Counted from the stretch's first letter, positions 37,611 to 47,493 are shown. The stretch is DNA of 64,000 bases from Dialister hominis (GCA_963640995.1 CAVICI010000003.1:6754-70753); one strand, 5' to 3'. Numbers and translations are program-made. The notes: a model not told the origin generated them from the letters alone.

Positions 37611-38234
37611 ATGAAGGCGCTACTCATCAACGGAAGCCCGCGCGAGCACGGATGCACATACACCGCACTGAAGGAGCTGGCGGACACCCTGTCCGCCGAG
37701 GGGATCGAATCGGAGATCCTCCATGTCGGTAACGACATCCCCGGATGCAAGGCATGCGGATACTGCGCGAAGAACGGGAAATGCGTGACCGACGATCTCG
37801 TCAACACCATCGGCCCCCGCCTCGGCGAGTTCGATGCCATCGTCCTCGGGTCCCCGGTCTACTACGCCGGCCCGTCGGGGCAGATCTGCGCTTTCGCCGA
37901 CAGGCTGTTCTACACATACGGGAAGAACCTGGGCGGAAAGCTCGGAGCCTCCGTAGTCTCCTGCAGGCGCGGCGGAGCCTCTGCGGCCTTCGACCGCCTG
38001 AACAAGTACTTCACCATCGTCGGGATGCCTGTCGTCTCATCCCAGTACTGGAACCAGGTCCACGGCAACAGGCCGGAGGAGGTCCTCAGGGACGAGGAGG
38101 GCCTGCAGACCATGCGCACTCTCGCCAGGAACATGGCATGGCTGCTCAAGTGCATCGACGCGGGAAAGAAGTCCGGCATCGGGTTCCCCGTCAGGGAGCC
38201 CAAGATCAACACGAACTTCATCAAGCTCGAGTGA
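37611..38234 (+). CDS. Iron-sulfur flavoprotein / NADPH-dependent FMN reductase family
   Basis: NGSPR, CKACGYC...C, GSPVYY and CRRGG motifs. Confidence 0.88.
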   Translation: MKALLINGSPREHGCTYTALKELADTLSAEGIESEILHVGNDIPGCKACGYCAKNGKCVTDDLVNTIGPRLGEFDAIVLGSPVYYAGPSGQICAFADRLFYTYGKNLGGKLGASVVSCRRGGASAAFDRLNKYFTIVGMPVVSSQYWNQVHGNRPEEVLRDEEGLQTMRTLARNMAWLLKCIDAGKKSGIGFPVREPKINTNFIKLE

Positions 38235-38323
38235 CGGAAGGCGGATGGCAGGCAGGATCCGCCGGTCCTGTCCGCCAGCATTATCCTGCGGTCAAGGCAA
38301 TAGGGGTCCTGTCCCGGCGGCCC

Positions 38324-38893
38324 TTAGAACCCCCTTATCTCCAGGACCGACAGCTTCTCGAAGAACAGCTTCAGTTCCCCGATGGAGCGGACAACATAGC
38401 CTTCCAGGGCATCTTCCAAGGATTTGTGCTCCATCAGCGACGAGACGACGATGACGGCCCTCCCATCGGGAAGGAGGTGCTCCGGTGCTCCCGAGAGCAG
38501 TTCCGGCAGCGGCCCCAGGCCGTCCGGGCCTCCAGACCAGGCCTTGGCGAGGAGACCTTCCTCGTCCACCGGCAGATAAGGGAGATTGAACAGGATGGTG
38601 TCGAACCTTCCTTCTATGTTTGAATACACGTCGGTCTCGCGGATGTCTATGCAGGCGCCGTTGGCTTCGGAATTCTTCTTTGCGAGGGCCACGGCGCAAG
38701 GGTTGATGTCACCCGCGGTCACATCGCATCCGTTCTTAGCGCAATGGATGGACACGATGCCGGATCCGCATCCAATCTCCAGAACCTTCTCTCCCGGGCG
38801 CACGTTCAGCGATTCTATCAGAAGGGCGCTATCTTCGGAAGGAGGGTAGACGTCGGGGTCTGATCCGATGGAGATGTCGAGATCGTACTGCAT
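38324..38893 (-). CDS. HemK2/PrmC-like SAM methyltransferase
   Basis: VYPPSEDS, EIGCGSG and FNLPY (NPPY variant) motifs. Confidence 0.85.
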   Translation of the reverse strand: MQYDLDISIGSDPDVYPPSEDSALLIESLNVRPGEKVLEIGCGSGIVSIHCAKNGCDVTAGDINPCAVALAKKNSEANGACIDIRETDVYSNIEGRFDTILFNLPYLPVDEEGLLAKAWSGGPDGLGPLPELLSGAPEHLLPDGRAVIVVSSLMEHKSLEDALEGYVVRSIGELKLFFEKLSVLEIRGF

Positions 38894-39050
38894 CTTATCA
38901 TGCAGTGGATGCGGCGGATGATGATGACCTTATCGCATGTCCGGCAGCAGAAAATGTTCGGCGGTCCGAGTTGATCGGGAATAGCGGCAGGTAAGATGTA
39001 TAGAAAAATACATTATAGCAGTATATCGGGTAATTTCTTCAATCTACAAT

Positions 39051-39081
39051 GGAAATTATTATATACTATTCCGTGGAATAG
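39051..39081 (+). promoter_or_regulatory. BRE/TATA promoter with adjacent palindrome CTATTCC-GT-GGAATAG
   Basis: GGAAATTATTATATA followed by a perfect 7-bp inverted repeat at 39066-39081; no credible CDS downstream. Confidence 0.55.
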
Positions 39082-39396
39082 GGGAATTAACCAAGAATGT
39101 TACCTCACACAAAGAGATGACAGCAGTTCGGCGTGCAAAAGCACAACGGAAGCTTGGAAGTGTGTTCCGCCCAGCAATGGGTCGGTTCGGAGAAATCCGA
39201 GTCAGACAGGCACACCTGGCTACGATTTAAAAATCGCGGTTGGCGTACGAATATCAGCAAAAGCATCACGTATAGCACCTGGCGTTAAAAAACCGGGGTG
39301 TTGTAAATGGTGAAGATCCTGTTGGCGCAGCTCTTTGCAAAAAAGCGAAGCCCAGTGCCAAGAGTGACGCTCGTTGCAAAAAGCAATGCAATCCCG

Positions 39397-39950
39397 AAAA
39401 GGAAAAAGAAGCTCCATGTAAAAAATGAAGCTTCTGTAAGCTAAGCTCCTGGGGTAAAAAGCTAAGCTCAAAAAGCTAAGCTCCTAGGGAAAAAAGCATA
39501 GTGATCCTGTAAAAGGAAAAAGAAGCTCCATGTAAAAAATGAAGCTTCTGTAAGCTAAGCTCCTGGGGTAAAAAGCTAAGCTCAAAAAGCTAAGCTCCTA
39601 GGGAAAAAAGCATAGTGATCCTGTAAAAGGAAAAAGAAGCTCCATGTAAAAAATGAAGCTTCTGTAAGCTAAGCTCCTGGGGTAAAAAGCTAAGCTCAAA
39701 AAGCTAAGCTCCTAGAAAGGAAAAGAAGATCCATGTAAAAAGTGAAGCTTCTGTAAGCTAAGCTCCGAGGGAAAAAAAGCAAGGCTCCTGTAATAGGAAA
39801 AAGAAGCTCCATGTAAAAAATGAAGCTTCTGTAAGCTAAGCTCCGAGGGAAAAAAAGCAAGGCTCCTGTAATAGGAAAAAGAAGCTCCATGTAAAAAATG
39901 AAGCTTCTGTAAGCTAAGCTCCGAGGGAAAAAAAGCAAGGCTCCTGTAAG
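39397..39950 (+). repeat. Six-copy composite tandem repeat (spacings 114, 114, 89, 78, 78 bp)
   Basis: AGAAGCTCCATGTAAAAAATGAAGCTTCTGTAAGCTAAGCTCC at 39407, 39521, 39635, 39724 (variant), 39802 and 39880. Confidence 0.95.
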
Positions 39951-40069
39951 GGAAACAGACTCCATGCAAATAACGGCAATAGGAATGCTGATATGGCTCT
40001 GATTAATCAGGCAAACGGGCGAAAGCACGTTTGTTGTCAGACAACACCGCCTAGGAAACTAGGCTCAGT

Positions 40070-40111
40070 CCAAGGGCGTTTACGCCCTTGGCATTTTTTT
40101 TTTATTTTTTT
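40070..40111 (+). terminator. Strong hairpin plus poly-T terminator on the + strand
   Basis: CCAAGGGCGT-TT-ACGCCCTTGG followed by a long T tract. Confidence 0.8.
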
Positions 40112-41487
40112 CATTTGGTACCGTCCATTCTGTGGACTGTGCATTTCATACAGTAGTGCTTGAATCCGGTCTTCGCCAGCCAGAGCATCAGCGACCCGCC
40201 GATGATCTCTGCCACGACCAGGCTCCAGTATATGGCATCCAGCGAGATTGAGCTGCCTAAGAACAGCAGCACTACAATCAAGATGTTCCTGGCGAACGAC
40301 GAGAACATCGAGATCTGCGCCATGCGCAGGGATTGGAGGATCGACGATCCGATGTCAATCATCCCGACGAACGGGATCAGCAAGGCATAGATCCTCAGCA
40401 CATGTGCGAACTCCGGGCGGAGCTCGGCCATGGTGGGGGAGTATGTGAACGGGATGATCGCCCAGTCCGCGAATATGAACAACACTGCGGCGATGACGAT
40501 CATCCAGAGCATCGTCACAGCGAGGGAGTAGCGATATCCTTTCTGGGCTTTCTCTGCATTCCCGGATCCAAGGGCTGCCGAGCATACAGGTATGAGCGCT
40601 GAGCCCACGGCCTGAGAGACCACCTCAGCCAAAGTGACGAACCTCCATGGTATGTTGTAGAACGTGGCCGCTACCGTGCCTCCGCATGCGATCACGAAGA
40701 TCCTCTGGACCATGGACATGACGCTGATGAGCATGGATTCCGTGGCGCGGGGGATGCCCACGAACAGGATCTCCTTCATGTCTCCGAGGTTCGGGCGCAT
40801 GTCCGATATCCTGAGCTTGAGGAAGAGCGCTCTGCGCCTGTACCACCATATGCCTATCCCTGCAGAAGCTGCTGACGATATGACCGTCGCCCACCCGGCA
40901 CCGGCCAGTCCCATGTGCAGGCCGTAGATCATCACCGGGTCCAGGGCGATGTTCATTGCCGCACCGGCCAGGAGCATGATCATGGATTTCTTGGCGGCCC
41001 CTTCCGCACGGATGATGCCGGATACGGTCTCGCTGAGGATGACCAGCGTCCCGGCAAGGACCTGGGGGTAGATGTATGACTTGCAGAGGTCCATGATGTC
41101 CCATGCGCCCATCATCTCCACTGCCGGGACGACGGCGATGAAGAGGATCGGCGTCGTAGCGGCCCCTATCATCAAAGACAGCACCAGGGTCTGCGATGCC
41201 AGCCGGTCGGCCGATGCATGGTCGTGCCTGCCGAGGCATCTGGCGATGGCCGTTGTCGCGCCGATCCCGATCCCTATCCCCAGACCGGACACGATCCAGT
41301 AGAACGGAGATATGGTGGACACCGCGGATGACGCGTCCGATCCCAGCCCGGAGCACCAGGACGTGTCCGCGAAGAGGTTGATCTGCACCACCAGATAGGA
41401 CACGATCAGCGGGAGGAGCATGGAGCGGATGGCCTGGCCCGGCTCCCCGAGCATGCGATCCAGGTCCTCGCTTTCCTCCTCAGGCAT
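40111..41487 (-). CDS. MATE-family efflux transporter
   Basis: Multi-TM protein; RAEGAAK, NIALDP and GLAGAGWAT motifs. Confidence 0.9.
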   Translation of the reverse strand: MPEEESEDLDRMLGEPGQAIRSMLLPLIVSYLVVQINLFADTSWCSGLGSDASSAVSTISPFYWIVSGLGIGIGIGATTAIARCLGRHDHASADRLASQTLVLSLMIGAATTPILFIAVVPAVEMMGAWDIMDLCKSYIYPQVLAGTLVILSETVSGIIRAEGAAKKSMIMLLAGAAMNIALDPVMIYGLHMGLAGAGWATVISSAASAGIGIWWYRRRALFLKLRISDMRPNLGDMKEILFVGIPRATESMLISVMSMVQRIFVIACGGTVAATFYNIPWRFVTLAEVVSQAVGSALIPVCSAALGSGNAEKAQKGYRYSLAVTMLWMIVIAAVLFIFADWAIIPFTYSPTMAELRPEFAHVLRIYALLIPFVGMIDIGSSILQSLRMAQISMFSSFARNILIVVLLFLGSSISLDAIYWSLVVAEIIGGSLMLWLAKTGFKHYCMKCTVHRMDGTK

Positions 41488-41573
41488 GCAGATGCCATGG
41501 GCCGCCGGGATATTTCATTCCTCTGAGCGCGCGCATGCGAAAGGAGGATATCCCATATCGGGATTCACTTGCC

Positions 41574-42200
41574 ATGATCCAACTCGACATCCTTTGCGTG
41601 GGCGCTCTGGAGCGCGATGCGGACGGGAACATATCAAAAGCCGACTCCACGTCGGTCCTGATACGCACGGACAGGCATCTGATCGTGGTCGACCCCAGCA
41701 CGAAGTACATGAAGCCCGCCGTGAAGACGTCGTTCAAGCAGATCGGCGTGTTCCCCCACGATGTCGACATCGTCGTCCTGACCCATACGCACAGCGACCA
41801 CATCGAGAACCTGGACCTGTACAAGAATGCGAAGGTCTACGTCCACAAGGGCGGGAAGACGGAGATCCCGGGCGCGACCATAGTGGAATCGGACGAGCTG
41901 GAGATCTGCCCCGGAGTCCGCATGGTCCATACGCCAGGCCATTGCACCGAGGAGTCCAGCGTGTTCGTGGAGGCCGACAGGAGGTATGTCATCGCTGGCG
42001 ACGCCATCCCTCTGGAGGACAACTTCAGGAAGAACGTGCCGCCCGCCCTGAACACCGATGCCCGCCTGGCCAAAGAGAGCATGGACCGCATCGGGAGGTT
42101 CGCCGATGTCATCGTCCCCGGGCACGGGTTCCCGTTCATGGTGCGATATCGGCAGAAATCTTTAAGCGCGGAGCAGGCTACGAGTCGGATATCAAGGTGA
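41574..42200 (+). CDS. Metallo-beta-lactamase-fold hydrolase
   Basis: THTHSDH, TPGH, AGDA and PGHG motifs; alternative start 41535. Confidence 0.85.
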   Translation: MIQLDILCVGALERDADGNISKADSTSVLIRTDRHLIVVDPSTKYMKPAVKTSFKQIGVFPHDVDIVVLTHTHSDHIENLDLYKNAKVYVHKGGKTEIPGATIVESDELEICPGVRMVHTPGHCTEESSVFVEADRRYVIAGDAIPLEDNFRKNVPPALNTDARLAKESMDRIGRFADVIVPGHGFPFMVRYRQKSLSAEQATSRISR

Positions 42201-42219
42201 GGCCGTGATTCAGAGGGAG

Positions 42220-42885
42220 ATGCCCGACACCATCGTCTACGAGTGCCCCGACTGCGGGGAGGAGACAGACCACCAGATACTGAAAGGAAGGATGGGGAAG
42301 GCTACTCTGGAGGGGACCTTCAGATGCAACGTCTGCGGGAAGGTCTCCAGCGAGACCATCAAGATCCCCGAGCTCATCCAGGTCCCCGTGATCTACAGCG
42401 ACGGAGACGTGTCCGAGCCCAGGACCGCCACCCTCGAGAGCAACGACATCGTCGCCATCGACGACGAGTTCGAGCTGGACGACGGGATGCTGGTGTGCAT
42501 CACCCATATCGATGTGGACGAGGGCAAGAAGGTCAAGAAGGCCCTGGCCACCGATGTCAGGAAGCTCTGGGTTAAGAGGTTCGACGTCCTCAGCGTGAAA
42601 GTCTCCGTCAACGACAACAGGAAGACGTACCCTCTGAGGATCGAGGCCGAGCCCGATGACGAGTTCGTCGTGGGCACACAGCTCCAGTTCGAGGATTTCG
42701 ACTGTCTCATCCATGCCATCAAGACCAAGCACAGCCTGGTCAGGCGCGGCTCCGCCGAAGCCCGGGACATCACGAGGATCTACGGGAAGATCCGCAAGAA
42801 GAGGTACGATGTCCTCGCTTTCGATGACGACGAGGAGTTCGACGAGTCCGATTACATCATCGATGATGGCGACGATGCCGAGTGA
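42220..42885 (+). CDS. Archaeal Zn-finger protein (HVO_0476-like)
   Basis: CPDC...H..LK...CNVCG; acidic tail. Confidence 0.7.
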   Translation: MPDTIVYECPDCGEETDHQILKGRMGKATLEGTFRCNVCGKVSSETIKIPELIQVPVIYSDGDVSEPRTATLESNDIVAIDDEFELDDGMLVCITHIDVDEGKKVKKALATDVRKLWVKRFDVLSVKVSVNDNRKTYPLRIEAEPDDEFVVGTQLQFEDFDCLIHAIKTKHSLVRRGSAEARDITRIYGKIRKKRYDVLAFDDDEEFDESDYIIDDGDDAE

Positions 42886-42890
42886 TTTTT

Positions 42891-43574
42891 TCAATGGCCT
42901 TCGGCGAGGACTCTCGGAAGTCGCTCATCGCCCAGGATCGGGTCCAGGATGTCCGCGATGTTATCGGATTCTATCGTCAGGTCCGCGGCTTCAGACGTGT
43001 AAGGGTCCGTGGGGTTGAATGCTATCGACAGTCCCGACGCCTTGAACATCCCTATGTCGGTGAAGGAGTTCCCCACTGACACGGTCCTCTCCTTCGTGGT
43101 GCCGTACTTCTCGATGAACTGCCTCACGTTGATGCCCTTGTCGCGGAGGTCCACGTTCATCTTGCCTTCTCCGGTCAGGCGGCCGTCCTCATAGGCGCAC
43201 AGCTCGTCGGCGATGTAGGCATCGAAGCCGAACTCCTTAGCGAGCATCTCCGCGGCCAGGTCGATCCCTCCGCTGATGATGACGCATCTGATCCCGTTGT
43301 CAGCGAGGCAGGCTATGGTCTCCTGTATGCCTTCTATGAGGGGCATATCCCTGAACGTGCGGGCGATGTCGGCCAGGCACGTGCCCGGCTTCTTGCCGGT
43401 CCACAGGGCTATGTCCCTGCGCATGAACTCGGGCTCATCGATCTCGCCGTTGATGAATGCCTGATATGCAGGCTCGTTGTCCACTTCATAGCATTGGTGG
43501 ACCCAGCACCACGAGCTCCTGACCCTGGTCAGCGTGCCATCCATATCGAAGCAGACGAGATCGTACTTCCTCAT
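42891..43574 (-). CDS. HAD-IB phosphatase (phosphoserine phosphatase-like)
   Basis: FDMDGTL, ISGG and GNSFTD motifs. Confidence 0.85.
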   Translation of the reverse strand: MRKYDLVCFDMDGTLTRVRSSWCWVHQCYEVDNEPAYQAFINGEIDEPEFMRRDIALWTGKKPGTCLADIARTFRDMPLIEGIQETIACLADNGIRCVIISGGIDLAAEMLAKEFGFDAYIADELCAYEDGRLTGEGKMNVDLRDKGINVRQFIEKYGTTKERTVSVGNSFTDIGMFKASGLSIAFNPTDPYTSEAADLTIESDNIADILDPILGDERLPRVLAEGH

Positions 43575-43632
43575 AGCACAGGACATGCGCCGGAGATAGA
43601 TAAGGCGGTCGCATGCCGACCGGGGCCCATGC

Positions 43633-44496
43633 TCAAGAGGATCGGCGCCGCCTCATCCCGATGACCGCAATCACGAAGAAAGCGGCAGTTAGGCCCAGGA
43701 CCAGGGCCATGCTCGAAGCCCCATTGAACGAGAATCCCCCTAGGGACATGTCGAACCCCATGTCGCTCCTGAAGCCTGCCAGGGCCTCCGGGGAGGCGCC
43801 TGCGAACACAGAGTCCAGGGCATCTCCCGCCAGGCTGTTGCGGAACAGCGATGCCATGTGGCTCGCGGGGACGATCCCGGAGACGGCCTGCATCCCCGAG
43901 GGCATTGTGCCCGTGGGCATGTATATGCCTGCTAGGAACCCGATCAGGACGCTGACGACGGTGAAGAACCCCGAGAACGCGCCTGTGCTCCTGAAGAACG
44001 ATGTGATCGCATAGATTATGATGGATCCCGACAGGGAGGACGGGACCAGCAGCACGGCGGTCGCCGCCAGCCCGGATGCGCTGAGGGGGCATCCCGTGGC
44101 CGCAAGGTATGCGACGCAGACTGCCATCGCCATGGCGCTCATGGCCAGCCCTACGATGAACGTGCTGAGGATGTACCCGCAGGCGATCTCCGAAGAAGGC
44201 ATCGGAGTCACCAGGACGTCCCTTATCCTGCCCGTGGACCTGTCCTCGACCATCGTCTGGAGGGAGCCTGCGGATGCCGTCACCGGGACTATGCCGAGTA
44301 TCCCCGCCATCACCCATGCGTCGATGAGGTTTGACATGCCGTTCATGTCCGGGTAGGACTCGATCAGCATGTTCCTGAGGAACAGGAGGTACAGCATGAT
44401 GACGATGATCACCGCCATCATCGAGAACACGACCGCGGCGCGGTCCCTGAAGTAGCAGAGGACGTTCCTCTTCGCGAGCGACACGGCCCCGTTCAT
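43633..44496 (-). CDS. ABC-2 type transporter permease
   Basis: Six TM segments; FRDRAAVVFS and GFLAGIYMP motifs; overlaps the ATPase stop. Confidence 0.85.
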   Translation of the reverse strand: MNGAVSLAKRNVLCYFRDRAAVVFSMMAVIIVIMLYLLFLRNMLIESYPDMNGMSNLIDAWVMAGILGIVPVTASAGSLQTMVEDRSTGRIRDVLVTPMPSSEIACGYILSTFIVGLAMSAMAMAVCVAYLAATGCPLSASGLAATAVLLVPSSLSGSIIIYAITSFFRSTGAFSGFFTVVSVLIGFLAGIYMPTGTMPSGMQAVSGIVPASHMASLFRNSLAGDALDSVFAGASPEALAGFRSDMGFDMSLGGFSFNGASSMALVLGLTAAFFVIAVIGMRRRRSS

Positions 44497-45395
44497 TCCC
44501 TGCGGCCTCCCGTTATCGCGATGAACGCGTCGTCCAGGGTCCCCGACCTGACCTCGAAGGAGCCGATCAGGGAATCCAGGGCCTTGACTATCGGGACGGC
44601 GTCGGCGGTGGAGCCCAGCTCCACGGTGACGGTCCCGCTGCCGACGGCATATCCGATGCCGAGGGAGCTCAGGACCTCCGTCGCCGCGTCCATGTCCGTG
44701 GGCTCGAACGTCATCCTGTCCCTGCAGTACCGGTCTTTGAGAGCCGAAGGCGTCCCGTGGGCCGCGATGGACCCGCGGTCGATCACCACGATGTCGTCCG
44801 CCCCGGAGGCCTCCTCCATGTAGTGGGTGGTCAGGAGCACGGTCATCCCATGCTCGCGGTTGAGGTCCTTCACCGTCTCCCAGATCTTGGCGCGGGTCTG
44901 AGGGTCCAGACCGGACGTGGGCTCGTCCAGCAGGAGCAGCCTGGGGCTGTGGACCAGCGCCCTGGCGATGTCCGCCCTGCGCCTCTGGCCTCCAGACAGC
45001 TTCCCGTACATCCTGTCTGCGAACTCCGCAGCATCGGCTGCGGACAATGCGGACGAGACCGAATCCTCCAGGGCATCCCCTGACAGGCCGTACATGGCGC
45101 CGCGGATGCGGACGTTCTCCCTCACGGTGAGCCTGGCATCCATCATGGGGTCCTGGAAGACCACTCCCATGTCCGATCTCACCGACGGGTCCGAGACATC
45201 TTTCCCGAAGATCGAGACCTCTCCGGAGTCCGCCTTGAGGAGCGAGCATATTATCGATATCGTCGTGGACTTTCCGGCGCCGTTGGGGCCCAGGAATGCG
45301 AAGAACGCGCCTTCCGGGACGGAGAACGAGATGCCTTTCACGGCTTCGATGTCGCCGAAGCTCTTGCGCAGTCCATCGACGGATATCGCATCCAT
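44493..45395 (-). CDS. ABC transporter ATP-binding protein
   Basis: GPNGAGKST, LSGGQ, LLLDEPT and TTHY motifs. Confidence 0.93.
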   Translation of the reverse strand: MDAISVDGLRKSFGDIEAVKGISFSVPEGAFFAFLGPNGAGKSTTISIICSLLKADSGEVSIFGKDVSDPSVRSDMGVVFQDPMMDARLTVRENVRIRGAMYGLSGDALEDSVSSALSAADAAEFADRMYGKLSGGQRRRADIARALVHSPRLLLLDEPTSGLDPQTRAKIWETVKDLNREHGMTVLLTTHYMEEASGADDIVVIDRGSIAAHGTPSALKDRYCRDRMTFEPTDMDAATEVLSSLGIGYAVGSGTVTVELGSTADAVPIVKALDSLIGSFEVRSGTLDDAFIAITGGRRE

Positions 45396-45470
45396 GCCGC
45401 CGCATCCCAGTTCCGCGATATAACAGGGAGGTCGTCGGAACTTATTATAGCAGTCTTCCATACACGGGGC

Positions 45471-46181
45471 ATGATCACGATCATCGGCACAGGGCACGTC
45501 TTCAACCTGACGGAGCCCGTGTCGTTCATCGTGAAGAACACCTGGCCCGATGCGGTCCTCATCGAGCTGGACATGGCCCGCTACCAGTACCTCATGAACC
45601 TCCAGGAGGGGCCTGTGCGGGAGGACGATGCGGCAGGCGCGTCTGCGATCTACAAGCAGACCGCCAGGTACCAGCAGAAGATGTCCGAGGAGAACGGCGC
45701 CCAGGTCGGAGGCGAGTTCCTGGCGGCCGTCAACGCCGGGCGGCTCGCCGGAGCCGAGATCATCCCGATAGACACCAACGCCATGGAGGTCCTCGACCAG
45801 ATGTGGGACGAGATGTCCTTCAAGGAGAAGGTCCGCTACAGGATGTCGGGCATATCGGACCGCATCGGCGGCATGAGGAAGGTGGAGGACGTCCAGGCGC
45901 AGTTCGCGCAGGACGAGGACCGCTACATCGAGGGCATGCGCAGGAAGTACCCCACATTGGTGAGGAAGCTCATCGACGAGCGCAACGAGCATATGGCCGA
46001 GCAGATCAACAAGGCGTCCGAGACGCATTCCAACATGGTCGTGGTGGTCGGCGACGCGCACGTCGAGGGGATCTGCAGGCTGCTCGAGGACCCGGAGATC
46101 AGGAAGGTCCGCCTGGCGGACCTGAGGGACAAGGAAAGGATGGACAAGGTCAGGTCCATGGTTTGGAAGGGAGAGGAATGA
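45471..46181 (+). CDS. TraB/PrgY-family protein
   Basis: IGTGHV, IELD..R, LIDERNEHMA and VVGDAHVEGI motifs. Confidence 0.8.
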   Translation: MITIIGTGHVFNLTEPVSFIVKNTWPDAVLIELDMARYQYLMNLQEGPVREDDAAGASAIYKQTARYQQKMSEENGAQVGGEFLAAVNAGRLAGAEIIPIDTNAMEVLDQMWDEMSFKEKVRYRMSGISDRIGGMRKVEDVQAQFAQDEDRYIEGMRRKYPTLVRKLIDERNEHMAEQINKASETHSNMVVVVGDAHVEGICRLLEDPEIRKVRLADLRDKERMDKVRSMVWKGEE

Positions 46182-46831
46182 AGGTCATACTGCTCGCATC
46201 GACTCAGAACGCAGACGCCATATGCGCGGCGGCAGGGAACTCCTGCTACTCGCCGCGCCCGTCCTACGAGATAGCGGAGGACGTGGACTCGGAGAAGATC
46301 CTGTCGAGGATAGTCGGGATGGGCCACCATTCCGTGCTGGAGCATGCTGTGTTCACTTTTTCGGTGGAAGGCGTCTCTCGCGCGCTCACGCACCAGCTCG
46401 TCAGGCACAGGATCGCATCCTACTCCCAGCAGAGCCAGAGATACGTGTCCATGAAAGAGCCGTCCTTCGTCACACCTCATACCGTGGAGGGGGACCCAGA
46501 GGCCCTGAAGGTCTTCGGCGAGACCATGGATGCGATCTGGAACGCCTACGCCAAGCTGGAGTCCATGGGCATCCCCGCAGAGGATGCGAGGTACCTCCTG
46601 CCCAATGGATGCACCACCAACATCACCATAACGATGAACGCGCGCGAGCTCCTGCACTTCTTCTCGCTGAGGTGCTGCAACCGCGCCCAGTGGGAGATCC
46701 GCGAGATGGCCGACGAGATGCTCAGGCTGTGCCGGGAGGTCTCGCCCGTGATTTTCAGGGATGCCGGCCCGCCGTGCGCTAGGGGCCCCTGTCCAGAGGG
46801 GAAGCTCACTTGCGGCCACCCCCGCAGATGA
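46178..46831 (+). CDS. thyX: Flavin-dependent thymidylate synthase
   Basis: GHHSVLEH, RHRIASYSQQSQRY and RAQWEIR motifs. Confidence 0.95.
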   Translation: MKVILLASTQNADAICAAAGNSCYSPRPSYEIAEDVDSEKILSRIVGMGHHSVLEHAVFTFSVEGVSRALTHQLVRHRIASYSQQSQRYVSMKEPSFVTPHTVEGDPEALKVFGETMDAIWNAYAKLESMGIPAEDARYLLPNGCTTNITITMNARELLHFFSLRCCNRAQWEIREMADEMLRLCREVSPVIFRDAGPPCARGPCPEGKLTCGHPRR

Positions 46832-46891
46832 TTGCATTCCGCACGAAGCATCGTTACGCCCTTGCTTATATACATTGAGCGATAAGAGGGC

Positions 46892-47347
46892 ATGAGTTCA
46901 TTCAACGACCTCTGCAAGATCATGGAATCCCTTGACCCTGCCACCTACAGCAAGGTCATGGTCGAGAAGACCGCCGACGTCCTCGTCGGGCTCAAGGGAG
47001 TGACATGCGACGGGCTCGACGCCCTGGCGATCTACACGAACTTCGTCCTCTGCGCCGTGGCGGCGGACGGGAAGCTGTCCGAAGAGGAGTTCCTGCTGAT
47101 CAAGCCTGTGATGGACCTGGTCGCTGGCGCCGACGTCTCTTACGATGAGGCCAAGGCGGTCTTCAAGGCTGCGGGCCTGGACAAGCCTAAGGAATACAAG
47201 GCCGCCATGGACAAGACCGTGGACCTCCTCGGACTGGTGTCTCCCCAGCTGAAGGACGACATCATCCTGGTCTGCATGCTCATCTGCGCCGTGGACGGGA
47301 AGATCTCCTTCAAGGAGAAGCGCTGGATAAAGAAGCTCATCGCCTGA
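46892..47347 (+). CDS. TerB-like protein
   Basis: Two repeats: AADGKLSEEE and AVDGKISFKE. Confidence 0.65.
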   Translation: MSSFNDLCKIMESLDPATYSKVMVEKTADVLVGLKGVTCDGLDALAIYTNFVLCAVAADGKLSEEEFLLIKPVMDLVAGADVSYDEAKAVFKAAGLDKPKEYKAAMDKTVDLLGLVSPQLKDDIILVCMLICAVDGKISFKEKRWIKKLIA

Positions 47348-47493
47348 GCTCTTCAAACCTCGGGCTGCGCCGGGCATCGGAGCTCCGGCACGGCCCGCCT
47401 TTTCCGACTCTGTTTTCCGACGTCGGACGGCCGTGGCCGTTGACCAATCTTTAAATATAAAATCCCCTTAATCGGGTTCACTCGGTGAATGAT

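Larger units (their letters stand above)
39085..40111 (+). ncRNA. Candidate large structured non-coding RNA (~1 kb), family unknown
   Basis: All + frames closed by stops in the repeats; GNRA-capped hairpins, G-U pairs, long-range helices; own TATA box and + strand terminator. Confidence 0.55.

Noticed and set aside
38324..38893. DNA adenine methyltransferase of a restriction system
   Set aside because: The size and the VYPPSEDS motif fit the housekeeping HemK2 protein methyltransferase.
38918..38970. C/D box sRNA starting at ATGATGA
   Set aside because: The D, D' and C' boxes are all degenerate, and I could not identify an rRNA or tRNA target.
39397..39950. CRISPR array or repeat-protein CDS (minus ORFs 39696-40028 and 39712-39969)
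   Set aside because: No unique spacers; the minus ORFs are low-complexity Phe/Leu/Ser translations of A-tracts, and the + frames contain repeated TAA/TGA.
39085..40111. RNase P RNA, SRP RNA or group II intron
   Set aside because: No GAGGAAAGTCC P4 motif and no SRP helix 8 motif. The GAAA hairpin near 40011-40034 only superficially resembles domain V and lacks the catalytic triad.
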